From assembly GCF_018350175.1 (NCBI RefSeq), contig NC_058368.1, positions 42,100,001 to 42,164,000 of the forward strand: a stretch of 64,000 nt of DNA, read 5' to 3'. Made by a program: the position numbers and the translations under genes. The DNA is from Felis catus (Eukaryota). Below, in pieces: positions 39,213 to 52,713 of this stretch. The notes under the pieces were generated by a model. The model had not been told where the DNA came from and ran no database searches. It saw only the letters and a program-made list of their open reading frames with translations. Every line of letters starts with the position of its first letter. Position 1 is the stretch's first letter.

Positions 39213-39410
39213 GGGGCACCTGGGTGGCTCAGTCGGTTGAGTGTCCAACTTCAGCTCAGGTCAGGATCTCACAGTTTGTGGGTTTAAGCCCCGTGTTGGG
39301 CTCTGTGCTAACAGCCAGAGCCTGGGGCTTGCTTCGGATTCTGTGTCTCTGTCTCTACCCCTCCCCCACTCACACTCCATCTCTCCCTCCCTCTCTCAAA
39401 AATAAACATT

Positions 39411-39458
<48 letters not shown>
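39213..39458 (+). mobile_element. Can-SINE whose tail runs into (CA)n
   Basis: Full SINE to ~39413 then (CA)n to 39458; agctca on both flanks. Confidence 0.95.
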
Positions 39459-39459
<1 letters not shown>

Positions 39460-40082
39460 GCTCAGAACAAACAGCTGACAATAGACCCAGTCACCCAGGC
39501 ATTCTAATTCTTCTACTTTGTATTTTTACTAAGTTCTGTACTCTATCTTCTAACATTTCCATTCCCTCTTCAGAGACTCCAGTTTTCCTTGGCATCTATA
39601 TTTCATAATAACATAGGTGCCTTGCAAGTTTTGAAGTAGAGCAAATAGACTGGCAATTCATCAAACATATTTTATTTCATTTTACAGATACATGAAAAGG
39701 AACAGCATTTTGCCCCCTGGCATAATTCTTCTATCTACTATTCCTGTTTGGATCTCCCAATGACTTCAAAGAAAAGTTTTCTGTGAAAGAAGTGAGCAAG
39801 GTTTGTAATGTATAAACTGAAGTTTTTTAATGTTAGGACATAAAGTAACAATGATTCACATTAGTTAAAAACTAGTAAAAAAAGGCCAACAAAAACAAAA
39901 ACAAGTTTAAAAATCCCCCACTATTAAAAATATCTTTGCCTTATTATAAAAGATAAAATTTCAGTAAGTCCATGTGCCAGTAATGTATGATTTTTACAAT
40001 TCTGTGGTATGTTAACAATTCTTAGCAGAATAATATAGCAATCTCTCAGAAGCAAGCAACTAACCTGTTACTCATTCTAAAG

Positions 40083-40291
40083 CAGCACTATTCTTTTTTT
40101 AATGCAGTCATGGATATATTCTCTACACTGTCTAATCTGATAGCCACTAGCCTCACGTGCCTATTTAACAATTGAAATGTGGCAGGTACAATCGATGAAT
40201 TAAACTTTTAATTTTATTTAATTTTTAATTAATTACAATTTAAATTTAAAAAGCTACATGTGTCTATTGGCTACCATATTGGACACCACAG
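40083..40291 (+). mobile_element. MER3 (hAT-Charlie MITE)
   Basis: tagccactagcc...ttgaaatgtggc...ttttaattttatttaatt...tggctaccatattggaca. Confidence 0.85.
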
Positions 40292-40931
40292 TTCCAATAT
40301 ACTAGGCAGGTGCACAGTGAAAAGTGAAACCAGTCCTAGAATTTATGGGTTAGTTCTGGTGACAGTGAACAAAGAAAGGAATAAATAAAGAAGATTCCAA
40401 TGGGAGCTGATAAAGAAGAAAAGTGTGACACACATTCATACCTGTATTCCCAAAAAACTTATTAGTAGATTGTTAATACAAGTTTTGTTAAAGTAATTTT
40501 CCACTTAAATATTAATGGGGAAATGTCACCTGATCAACAAAACTGGATCAGTGGATCCTGACTGGGGGGAAAAGGTGAGCAGAGTGGGCTGTCTATTCTA
40601 TCACTATTTCCCTCGTGACTACACTCCCACTCTCACATCAGCTCTACCTATAAAAAGTTTCAGTGCATTGACCCCAAGCTCAATACCATTTAATCATTCT
40701 AGATTAATTATACTATACTCTAGCTCTAAGCAGTATGGCAAAAAGGCATAAAATATGCCATAATTTGTTTAAACATATGGCATCCAATCAAAACTGTCAA
40801 AACACATATAGGGACAAATAAATGTTACAAACATCAAGTTTCTTGTAATCACGTCAATTTTGAATCTTAATATTTTTCTGTTAGTTTTAGAAATTCATTG
40901 ATTATCAATAAGTAAATTTAATCACTATGGG

Positions 40932-41148
40932 TTTTTTTTTAATTTTTTTAACGTTTATTTTTTTTTGAGAGAGAGAGAAAATGCAAGTGAGGGAGAGGCA
41001 GAGAGAGAGAGAGAGAGAGGGAGACACAAAATCTGAATGAAGCAGGCTGTCAGCACAGAGCCCGATGAAGGGCTCAAACTCGTGAACTGTGAGATCATGA
41101 CATGAGTAGAAATCAGACGCTTAACTGACTGAGCCACCCAGGTGCCCC
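40932..41148 (-). mobile_element. Can-SINE
   Basis: Full antisense SINE flanked by taatcactatg / taatcattacg. Confidence 0.95.
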
Positions 41149-41159
41149 TAATCATTACG

Positions 41160-41355
41160 TTTTTAACATTTTATTTGAGAGAGAGAGAGTGAGAGTGAGC
41201 ATGGGAAAAGGGAAGAGAGAGAAGGGGAGAGAGGATCCAAAGCAGGCTTTGTGTTGACAGCAGAGAGCCCAATGCGGTGCTCAAACCCATGAACCAGGAG
41301 ATCATAACCTGAGCTGAAGTCAGTCACTTAACTGACTGAGCCACCCAGGCTTCTC
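41160..41355 (-). mobile_element. Can-SINE, adjacent to the previous one
   Basis: Full antisense SINE followed by taatcaattttt. Confidence 0.93.
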
Positions 41356-41476
41356 TAATCAATTTTTTTCCCCTCTAGTTTCTGGTAGTGCTGTCATCCT
41401 TTTCTTCCTGAACCTATTTATTTTAACTAAATGGCTTCTTAACTTTTTCTTCATTCTCTTTGTTAAAAGAGCTGTG

Positions 41477-41479
<3 letters not shown>

Positions 41480-41529
<50 letters not shown>

Positions 41530-41558
41530 AAAGAGAAGGGAGGGAGAGAGAGAGAGAG
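41480..41558 (+). repeat. (GT)n plus (GA)n microsatellite
   Basis: Direct read. Confidence 0.95.
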
Positions 41559-42289
41559 ATGCTGGGGTAGGGAAGGGGTAAACTCACTTATGAAGCAAAT
41601 CTTGTAGTCCAGAATTGTCAAGAAATATTGCATGAAAGATTTTTTAAAATATATCATGCTATACTTAATCTATAGGCTTTAGGAATTCTGATTCCTTGAG
41701 AATTCTATAAAGAAGCATAATTGCTAGTTGACTATTTTCATAATTATGTAATAAATACATTAACCAAATGAAAATTATATAAGTGGAAATAAATCAAGTA
41801 TTTATATTACAAACTAAAATGAAGCGTTTGGCCCTTCCTAGATCAAGATTATAAATCATACTGGTAATTCACTGATTCCTCTTATTTGTGAGAAGTATTA
41901 ACTAAGGAAGAAATTACATATATGTATTCATAAATACACACACATATATATATGTAATATTAATACATTAAGGCAGGTTGAAGTTCATGTGAAATGAATA
42001 TATCTCTAGGATTTATTTTTATGTGAGGAAACCACCAGTGAAAAATAAAATATATGAATTTTAACAATGTGAAAAGAATTTGTGATAAATTGTTTATCAC
42101 CAGCTTGTAATGTACTTTAAGGATATTTACTTTTTGCTTCCTCTATGTAAAGACAATATTCAAACAACCCCTAAAACTGCAGTGTTAAAATTTTGAAATT
42201 AATCCACAGAAGGAAATTTTGCTGACCCCAGAGTAAAAACATAAAAGTTCGTATGTATCATAATTATGGGAATCAAATAACATCATTTG

Positions 42290-42445
42290 ATTTCTCATAA
42301 TATTCTTATGAGGCAGATCTTATCCCCTTTCTACAGAAAAGGAAACTTGTCCTTATAAATATGAACTACATTGTCTATATCACACAGCTGGAACTGTAAA
42401 TACTTTTGAGAACTATGACTGTCTTATTCTTTTCTGAACCTATAG
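42290..42445 (-). mobile_element. MIR fragment
   Basis: tctcataatattcttatgaggcagatcttatcccctttctacagaaaaggaaact...tcacacagctg. Confidence 0.65.
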
Positions 42446-43074
42446 TGTATAGTTAGGAGAGTAACTGACATATCTTAGGAATGCAGTACATGTCTGTTCA
42501 ATTGAAATAAAATATTGGAGCTGGGAATAAAAGTAAGTATTTTTTTAGCACTAAAACTCATCATTTTTCCACAGTGTTATATAACATTCTGCTGAATAAA
42601 TAATTTCTTTTTGTCACAAAATACAGGTGTCCAGTACATTGCAAATACCTCCTGCTTAACCTTCTTTATTGTGAAAAAGAAATTTTGGTTTTCTGAAATA
42701 CATACTATATTACAAAAAATAAAAAATAAAAACATAAAACTAACTGAAATTGGGAATCGAAAGTGTTGGGGGATGGAGACAGATGAATCACATAAAATCT
42801 GCCAGTGGAGGAAATAAGAAATCTATGCCGTGGATTTTGAAATGTCCAAGAAAACAAGGATGAACAAAACAGTAGAGGAGCACCAAGAGAAAATTCCAAT
42901 GATTAAGAAATTGACAAGTATAGAGAATTTCTCCAGATTTTGAATCCTAGGTCATGTGTCCTGATGACTATGTACCAGGAGGCCTCTGCATTTAAGTGGC
43001 TTTATGTGCACGTCAGAATCATTTGGATCCCTTACAGCTCTCAACAAGGTGCCTTATTAATAACGAGTGCCTGG

Positions 43075-43180
43075 ACCCCATGCCAGGCTCTGCTCTAGGC
43101 AAGGAGCCCACTTAACATTTTCTCTCTTCCTCTCCCTCTCCCTCTGCCTCTCTCTCTCAAAAACAAAAACAAACAAACAA
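43075..43180 (+). mobile_element. Older Can-SINE, 5'-truncated
   Basis: ccccatgccaggctctgctc...gagcccacttaa...CT tract, (AAAC)n; TSD aataacgagtgcctgg / aataacaaatgcctag. Confidence 0.8.
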
Positions 43181-43914
43181 AATAACAAATGCCTAGTAAG
43201 TATGGTCATATCTTGATATCATGGACTTCCAGAAGAGGCAGAGCAAACAGCACACTACTCAAGGGTGCGAAGATATGGATGCTCTTTAAAATAGTCTAAA
43301 ATTAGATTTAGATCTACAAACTCATAATTAAATGGCTTTCATGGGTAAATCAGTGTATTTAGTGCTTAAGAAACAAACAGCTATACATTCACAATAAATA
43401 TATTTTTAAAATTATGAGAAATATAAGATGAATATGAATATATATACTGAATCCTAGCATATCAGAACAATGAAAAGTCAAAGAAACTTGAATAAGATTA
43501 ACAGATATTTTATAAACCATGAGTTAACTCATTAAATTGATTACCATATGAGGCTATAGTCTGAATATGTAAATAGTTTTAAGACTTCTTTTGGATGATA
43601 TACCATTGTACATTATTAAAGATAACAAGGAGATACTGGCAAAAAGATCAATAACCTCTGATGCTGTTATCAGGGAGGTCAACAATGTCTTTCATGGGAT
43701 AAACTCTGATGCAACACCAGTATGAATCTAGGGCCGCACATTATTGGAATGACAATTATAATTCCCATGTTTGTGAGATTTACTTCCGAGCCTTATACTT
43801 TTTTTAAAAATATATTTTTTTATGTGTCAAGGGGATTATGGTGGCTATTGGTAATTGTATACCAAAATCTGTTCTCTGCTTATTTTATAATAATAGAGTT
43901 TAAGTGAGAGTTAG

Positions 43915-44195
43915 TGACCACCTAGGGACCATATTTTCCAGTACTCCCTGTAACTAGGCATAGTGATGTGTTGCTTTCTGGGCCAACTTGCATGTTAGAT
44001 GCTAAGTTTTTCTTCCTGCACCTTTTCTAGAATGACATTGGAGAGCACTGGTTGAAGATGACAGAGCTACCCCGGATGATGTCATGGAGTACAACCATTC
44101 ACTGACCTGGAATAGCTCATTTGGACCATTAAAATAAACTTATTTGTTTTACTTTATTCTTTTTTTTTTTCTGTATTCTTTAAGTAACTGAATCA
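43915..44195 (+). mobile_element. Ancient MaLR LTR fragment (MLT1H/I/J-like)
   Basis: ctccctgtaactaggcatagtgatgtg...ttctggccaa, ttgaagatgacagagc, catggag, aaataaactt. Confidence 0.55.
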
Positions 44196-45819
44196 TTGTA
44201 GGTCCCTTGACAAAGGGTTAGTTAAATTAACTACTAAAGTAATATAGTTCTGAAAGTTCAAGCCCAGGTTCACTTACATTATCATCATATGATTGTTTTA
44301 TTCATTTATTTATTCAGTTCATTTCTATATGCCCTCATTTAAAAAAAATGAAAAATTCCTAGAATGTGGACATGTTGGAAAACAGACTAGAGTTTACCTT
44401 TCAGGATATAAGAGTACAACTCAACCATGACATGTAAATTACAGAGTCAAACTTACATAGCACATGAGGGAAGGTATTACATTACCTTCCCCCAAAATAG
44501 GGAAAATATCTAACTACTGTGGAAAGAAAACATCCAATAGTAATTATTCAAATTCTCATATGCACCAGTTAGTGTCAAGCTCCTCAGTACAAATTAAACT
44601 AAAATGTTTTTGTGTAGATGAAAGAGTAAAGAAGTACAGAAAATAAGACTTTGCCAAACTCTAATCACATGAATAAGACAGAAAGATATTCCAATTTTCT
44701 ATTATTAAGGAACCAAAATAGATCAAATGTCTAGTCAAAATTCCTTAATGTATTCTTAAATGGATTTGAAATTTAAAATGTCAATTATTTCTTAAGTACA
44801 GCCAACATTATTACATGTTATTGGCATGATACTAAAGATAAGGAATAAAAAGTAAACAGATGGTTTCTAAGGTGCATATCTTAAAATTTATTTGATGTTT
44901 TGAAACATAAGTTATGGTAAATCACTGGGTTAGTCCATACCATATGAGTATCCAAATTTATTAGCACAGAACTCTTGAGAACTGAAAAAGAAATTTGATG
45001 AACTCTACGAATCAGTTCACATTTAAATTCAGAGTTCAGCATTTAAAGTAAAAGTAAATTATTTTCCAGAATTACAAGAGTACTTAGTTTTTTTGCATAT
45101 GTATTTATAAATTTTATAAAATAGCTTATATATTTTCTCTATAATCTATATACATGAGTAAAGGAAAACATAAATACAAATAAAATTAGAAAATAAGCAG
45201 AATTCAGACAGGGCAACAGGCAAACAAAAACAAGCCATATTTAACTAAATAGCAGTTGTACTGAAAGATAAAACCAGAGTCAAATAAAAGACAGTATTTA
45301 GTGGCAAGTACAGTTAGTCTGTAAAGCATAAGGGAGAGGACAGTGAAGATGGATTAAGATAAAGATGATTCCACTAAGGATAACAGAATTTTAATTCCAG
45401 ATTTAAAACAGAGCTAAAGCCAAATACTTTATACCTGTGACCTATTCCCATCCCATTTTCCTAGAGATGCCCAAGAAACTTCCAAAAGAGTGGAAGAAAT
45501 TACGTTATCACACTAAGTAGGAAGGGGTAAAAAATCATCCTTATTACAAGTGAAGCATTTTGTAGAAGAGGTGAGATAGTGTCAAGGCTGACTATAGGGA
45601 TCCCACACACAAGACAACCAGGAGACTCAGTCTATGTTTCTAAGGAGTCCTGTGCCAAGTTTGTCTGTCTTAGATCTCATTTATTTAATGGTACGCCTGA
45701 GGAATTTACTCTCTTTGATAGTTAAAACTAGGCAATTGTATGTAGGGCCTTCTTATATTTCTCAAGAGGTGGAATATGGAGAAGGTCTAAATAGTAGAAA
45801 TAAAAACACAATATTCAAT

Positions 45820-45833
45820 CATGCACACACACG

Positions 45834-45881
<48 letters not shown>
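45820..45881 (+). repeat. (CA)n(CG)n(CA)n microsatellite
   Basis: Direct read. Confidence 0.95.
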
Positions 45882-47272
45882 AACCAAAACTAACAAAAAC
45901 CCTTCGATCTCATCCTGTCTTTATTTTAGAGAAGATTTTACTTAAACAAAGTCAAGGTCAATTAAAAGATATGACCCAGGCAACAAGGAGCCTGTGACTT
46001 AGAAAGGAGTTAACTTACTTCAATTCCTTCGGGATACAGCCCTTAACGTTTGTATGTAAAACTTTCTATACAGATTATATGAGATGTTCCAATTCCAGAC
46101 TTTGAAACAACCATAGATCATTAAGTTACACCTCTGTTAAGCTAAAGGTTAAATAGTGTGAAGGAAGTGACAAGAATTCTCATAACATAGTATCATTTTA
46201 TAATTTAGCTTTAAAATGCCTGTTTTCCAAAATGAAAAAGAGAGGAAAAAAATGAAAGGAAGGAGCAACACAATTATTCTACATCTTCTAAAGCAGAGCT
46301 AGGGAATGAAGTTCAAAGTCACGTGCAGTGCAAGTTCAATAGCAAAGAAGGCTACAGTTGATCACTTCCACTTTCCTAGTACAGCACAAATTCAGTGATT
46401 TATGAGCAAGCAAAGAAATGATTGACAGTGACAAAAATGCTATTACATCTTTTTTGTATGTTAGTGGATGTGTACATTGATTAAGAAAACCCTGATTTCT
46501 TGATGTTTTCTATTTATATACACATAAATATATAAAATATGTTACTTGAACCTTGAAATAGCATAAAAAATACAAGACGAAATAAAAATATATTTTTTCC
46601 TAGGTGCTATACAAAATGTACCAATTCAATGAGTAATTAATACACAGAGAGAAAAAAATGTATTCAAAATAATTATCTCTTTATAATTTAGGAAAAATTG
46701 GGATTTTTTTTCCCTGTGGGCCCCCAAATGTAAATATTTGCTACAATCTTGTCCTTGGGGTATTCTTCATATATAAGATCTTATTTATGCCTGCTAATAT
46801 TCTTGGAATGGGCTGCAAAATGAAATTGCTTCATGACAAAAGTTGGTTCTTGTGAATAGATGCACCTGGTATTAGCTAAATGGTTGAGGTTTTTAATTCG
46901 CATGTAATGTTCTTCATAGGTATTCGTTGTGATCAGCTCTAAGCCAGGATTCAGAGTCTGGGTTACAAAATGACATTAATAATTGCCAAATGTGTGAAAA
47001 TGATTTTTTACAAGTAATAAAGATTCAGAATGATTTATTTTAAAAGTATATTGGAATAGATTCACAGGTACTTCAGCACAGAGATCAGTCTTAACTTTCA
47101 CTCAGATACGTTTTCCTGAAGGGGAGAAAAATAGGTGGATTTAGAGCTGTCTCACAAAAAAATTGTACCCAGTTTGAGTGCATCCATTTGGATGTATCCC
47201 AGTGGGAAAAATGGACGAAGGCTAGGGGTCTACATGTGACCATACAACAAAAGAAAAAAGAACATTTATACA

Positions 47273-47505
47273 TTTTAAATGTTTATTTATTTATTTACTT
47301 TGAGAGAGAGAGAGAGAGAGAACGAGAGTGAGAGAGAGTGTGTGTGTGTGCACAGGGGAGGGGCAGAGAGAGAGGGAGAGAGAGAATCCCAAGCAGGCTC
47401 CAGCACAGAGCCCAATATAGGGCTTGATCTCCTGAACCATGAGATTATGACCTGAGCTGAAATCAAGAACCGGACACTTAACTAATTGAGCCACCAAGGT
47501 GCCCC
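47273..47505 (-). mobile_element. Can-SINE
   Basis: Full antisense SINE. Confidence 0.95.
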
Positions 47506-47769
47506 AAAAGAAGAGCATTTCTTGCAGTAACACATATATTTGTTACCTTCTCAATAACTTTGTTAATTTGCAAATACCATATTGTTATTTAAACTTTTCA
47601 AATAAAGTAATACTAGGAACACTTTTAAATACATTAATACTAGTCTATTAATACAGGCAAATTTTATCATTTAAAATTATTTTAAATTATCCTAAAGAAA
47701 TGATTAAATGGATAATATACTCAAAATGAGAAAGTACTGAAGTCATATATCGGCGCTAATAGAGTAAGG

Positions 47770-48095
47770 GAAAGAATGAAATTTTCAGTCAGAATCCTTA
47801 GGTTCTAGCCAAGAAACAAACTCTCAATATTGGTACTTCAGTTTCTCTACCTGAAGATAGCAAATATCTTCTGTGAACATGATTATTTACATTCTTTTAA
47901 AGTGTAATTTCATTTAATTGCTCAGAGATTTCAAGGTTTTTTAAAATTTTGAAACTTCTACATCTTCATCTACATAATGGAGATTAAGATCTGCATTTAT
48001 TTTTTAGGCTTGTTGAGAAACCATAAAATCATGGCTGTGAATTGCTTAGAACAAGGATTGGTACAGAGTATTCTACCCACAAATATTAGGTAGTG
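47770..48095 (+). mobile_element. MIR fragments
   Basis: tcagtcagaatccttaggttctag...ttcagtttctctacctgaa; cttcatctacataatgggagatt...cttagaacaaggattggtaca. Confidence 0.55.
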
Positions 48096-48427
48096 ACAGT
48101 AGTATAACTTATATAATAACAATTACAATTTATTTTCTATTACTTGGAGACCAGTCTGCCAGGATCCTTTGGTGTTAAATACAGAAAAGCCCAGCCCCTG
48201 ATTAGCAAAACTGAATTAAGACCCTAAGGAGCATACCACATGTAACTGTAATTGCCTAGTTTATTCACAATATAAAACAACTGTAATTTTATTTGCTTGA
48301 CCTACGCTAGTGATACTTTTCAGGTTGTGGTGGGACAAGAGACATAACTGACCATCACAGAGAGAAGGAAGTGAGCAAAAAGAAAAAACATGAGAAGAAA
48401 ATTTGAGTTAAGAAAAGTATGAGGTGG

Positions 48428-48654
48428 GAGGTGTCTGGGTGGCTCAGTTGGTTGAGCATCAGACACTTGATTTCGGCTCAGGTCATGATCTCATGGTTCG
48501 CGTGGGATTGAGTCCCGCATTGGACTCTGCACTGACAGCACAGAACCTATGTGGGATTCTCTCTCTGCCTCTCCCTCTGCCCCTCCCAGCTCATGCTCTC
48601 TCTCTCTCTCTTACTCTCAGAATAAATAAACTTGAAAAGAAAAGAAAAGAAAAA
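48428..48654 (+). mobile_element. Can-SINE
   Basis: Head, body, CT tract, (AAAAG)n tail; aaaagta on both flanks. Confidence 0.93.
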
Positions 48655-49027
48655 AGTACAGGGATTTTCACGTGGCGGCAACTCTAGAATGAATGCTGGA
48701 GGTTGACTGGGTCAAATAGCTGCGGTCACTGTGGTAGCTGTTGAGAACCAGTAAGAAAGAGAAATCCACCATCCCACAGCCTTGCCAAGGTAGAAGAGGC
48801 TATTGCTTAGGAAAGGAGGTGGCAAAAAGCTCTCTCAAAGACTTGATGCACAAATATAGGACACAATCATTTCCAAACATAACTGAACATTAAAGGGAAA
48901 GGGAACATAATCCAAGATCTACCAAAACACAATCCTTACCAACATTTTTGGGTTTGTGCAGATAGTTCTAATGAGGAATAACACAGCAGCAATCTACAGA
49001 TCTGAGTTAGAATAGTATTTTATATTT

Positions 49028-49180
49028 CAGAGAGGAAAAGAATAAGAAGAAAAGAAAGGGTAGGAATAAGAAAGAGGAGGAAGAAGAGAAGGAGGGGAAA
49101 AAGGAGGAGAAGTGGGGGAAAAGAGTTGGGGAGGGAAAGGAGAAGAGGGAAGGGGAGAAAAGCAAGGAAGAGAGGGAGAA
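49028..49180 (+). repeat. GA-rich polypurine low-complexity tract
   Basis: Direct read. Confidence 0.85.
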
Positions 49181-50344
49181 TACTAAAATTACTTTTTGTC
49201 AGTCTTGACAGCATTAGATATTCTAACATTCTAAATCCCATGTATTTGGGAAATTTAATTATTGGGATGAGTCAGTGATCGATGGTGCTGGATGACTGAA
49301 GATCACTACATAAAACAGCAAGACCCAAATACAAGTTGAGATTTTAGTTTCCTCAATAAATATATCTCACAACTGATAACGGATATTGTAACGTGGTATT
49401 AGAGTACCACACAGTGGTTTCATTCAATAAGCTTTCTGAACATCTAATGTAGTTGTCACTTGAAGCCACAGGTAGGGCTCTGTATACCAAAACAGTGAAG
49501 TAACACTGATTTCAAACTAGTTAAAACATGCAATCAACAACTAATGGTTTGAGTGGAGATGCTTACAATCTCATTACGTAAACTGAGTCCCAGGTCTGAT
49601 CTAGAGTCTAAAAACATAACTGCAGTAAAGTCACACATAAAGAAAAATTGTGCCCATCTGAAGTGGGTACGGTTGACAAAGCAGCAAGGAAAAGGAGTCA
49701 CTGAAACACACATTAGCAGTAACTTTCAGGGACTGTGTTGGGGAGAAGATCTCTCGTAAGACCAAAAGGGGAGGTTTTGTCTAAAAAGTGCAGATGCATT
49801 AATGTTAAGGCAATATCTTAGCCTAATTCCTTTAAACAGATCCCACTGTTGGAATTCCTAGATCAATAAACAATATGCTAGCAATTTACTTCCCTTCCAA
49901 TTTTCAATTTGAGAAAAACTAGGAGTCAAGATAATCTGAATTATTCCTGATTTAATGTTTGTTCAGGTATTCTTCATTTTCATTTAATAACTGGAGAGTC
50001 TGGTTTACGTACATTTTTGTTAGTTCATACCAGATGGAGACTAAAATTGACCCCCACCGTAACTGCGATATATCCATTGATGCTTTTGAACTTCTACTAA
50101 CAGTACATAGCAGGTAACTTTCAGGAAAAGAGTTAATGATATTGACCAGCATTGACAGCAAAGAGCTAGAAACTTTGTTGGCAGCAAAGAGTGGAATGCA
50201 GGATGAAGTGAACTCTGTTGAAAGGCCTCAAGACCTTATAGATGTTTATTCTGTAAGTACTGAAAGAATGTCTGTAGTGGTTAATTTTGTCTCTAGAACA
50301 ATCCCACGACATAGATATTAAAAGTGATCCTTCTTTCTCTTCTC

Positions 50345-50512
50345 CCTTCCTTCCATAAACATTTATTGAAAGTCTTCTAAATACTCCAAGCAATACAGAA
50401 AGAGCTGCGCCTGCAGAGATTCCTAAGGCTTAGTGCTACACTTACCCAGTCTAGCAGAGCGGAAGACTTGAAAAGTAATAATAGCAACAAAGTGTGATAG
50501 TTGCTATATGGG
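50345..50512 (-). mobile_element. L2 3' end
   Basis: cataaacatttattga...cttacccagtctagcag...aaagtgtgatagttgctat. Confidence 0.6.
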
Positions 50513-52713
50513 TTGAGAAATCAACTCATCAGTGGAAAAGACTAGAATTGAGAAAATGCTACAGTCAAGGTCTTAGTTTATCATTATAAAGGTTCCCAGT
50601 CAGGAAAGATCTATTTTACTGCAAATATTCTATCTATAGGTGCTTTTGATACATTTATGACTTTTATTGTTCGCTGACATCCTACAGAAATATGGCTCCC
50701 CATTAAGTAAGTTTTTCCCGCATAGCAATAGTAGACACAATCTAAGGCATAAATAATAAAAGAAACTAGACTGAATTTATATCTCATGTGGTTAGCCAGA
50801 TTTTCCAAACAAAAGCTTAACTTCGTACTTATTTATATTAGGCTGAGTATATACAACAAAGTTTTTGAAGTAATTCAGTCCTCATGAAGGCTAACTTCCT
50901 AAATTCCTGTAATGTCAATAAATTGAAAGATGAAATGGTTTACTTTCCTTCCCTTCAGGGAAATGCACTCTATGCCAGTGAACAGGATATACAGGATGTG
51001 ACAAAGGCACTTGTACTCCTATAAAGTTGTATCAATTCTGAATTTAATGAGGTTTTACTCATACATAAAACAATATTATTAACAGCTTAGAAAGTTGGAC
51101 AAGAATGACACAATTTTAGATTTTAATCTACAATTTCAAAGAGTTTTCCTGATGAACTCTAAAAAGAAAGCAAGAGTATACGAGCTACCAGAAAGAAAAT
51201 ATAAAAGAAACCCCTTGCTGACAAAGCAACCTTTTATCCTTCGTACTTTATCTATGGCCTAGAGGAGATTTAACAGGCAAAATGTCACTGTGGATCAAAT
51301 GTCTTCCTTCTAGAGCTCACTTTATTATATCTTAATTTAAAACATAAATTAATGTCCTTAAAGGTAATAAAGTTAACAGGTAAATCAGATAGTATAAAAA
51401 AAGAAGCAGTTAATTCTATGCCAATTTTCACATTCAGGGAGATAATGCAAAAGATCAATGGGATTTAATAAGAAAAATGTTAAACTTAAAATATACAAGA
51501 GATGCCTCATCTCACTTTGTACATATTTGCCTTTAATTTTCATAGAGAAGGACTTGCATTTATATCTCTACTCAAAAGACTCTGGTTAAAACTATCATCT
51601 TTATTAAATCTCAACTAGCCATCAAACAAACAACTGCATTTCAAAGTAGTATCCCCACACTGCAGGGTTCCAGTAGAGGAAATAATAAAATAAAATATGA
51701 AAAAAAAAAAGATTGTTCTTTGAGAGGAAGAGATCTAATTAAAAGGAGTCCCTAACAACTCCATGGATTAATTGGGAACCAGCTGAGATAATTGGACCTA
51801 TGGGAATATGATTACACCCATCATAAACTGCTTTTTTCACAAGTATAGGTTAAGTGCTTGATGCTTTAATTGGGTGTAGCACTATAATAAAAGTAGGAAT
51901 AATATAGAAAAATTAATATTTGGGAAGGCAATCTCCTGAAGTTCTCTGGCATCATTAATAGCTACATTCTTTTTTTCAAAGATGCAATTCTCTAGGTTTC
52001 TTGGAGCCACTTTGTAACAGTGTGGTTACAATTCTATCAACCAAAATATACTTATGCTATTAAAAGCTGACCTACAGACCACATGTAGCTGCTTTGCAAT
52101 TAGATATTCAACAAGATCACATCACTCTGTGATTGAAGTTAAAATAGGCTGCTTTTTTGAAGATGATGTCCTTAAATGTTCACTGCAACAAACACTGGCT
52201 TTCAATTAGATGATCTTCCAGGAAACAGAACCACAAAATTGTAGAGCCTCGGGGAACCTCATTGATCGTTTATTTGGTCAAACGTCCTATTTTTACAGTT
52301 GAAGGGACTGCATGAAAATAAATGATTGTTCTAGAACAAGTCTAGGTCTTTATTGGGGGCTAGGAGGTGTGGGAGCTCTTTTGGTCAAGGCAGGGTATTT
52401 TCTTTAGAAAATAAATCACTGAGAAATAAGTAGTCATTTGCATATATCTCAAAACCTTGTGATTCTATAATATTTTAAAAACAACTCTCTACAAAGAGAA
52501 ACATAGAGGTGGCAAACAGAGAATCACTATTTGCACTGGGAAATGGGGTTGCTCGTACCATTTAATAATGAAAAGTGTGTTACGTAAAGAGGCAGAAACA
52601 ATACTCAATTCTTACTATCAACAGAAAGAGGAGAATACCTACATACGCAAATGGGTCACCTTGAATAATACGTTCAGTAGGATCTAGCATCTGCAGGTTT
52701 TATAGTGGTACAC

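Noticed and set aside
1126..48687. Many ORFs with W(V/M)AQSV...SLEPASDSVS-like peptides resembling a gene family
   Set aside because: They are translations of Can-SINE copies, not genes.
50114..50124. GT...AG mini-intron that would remove the TAA
   Set aside because: 11 nt is far below the spliceosomal minimum and removal would shift the frame.
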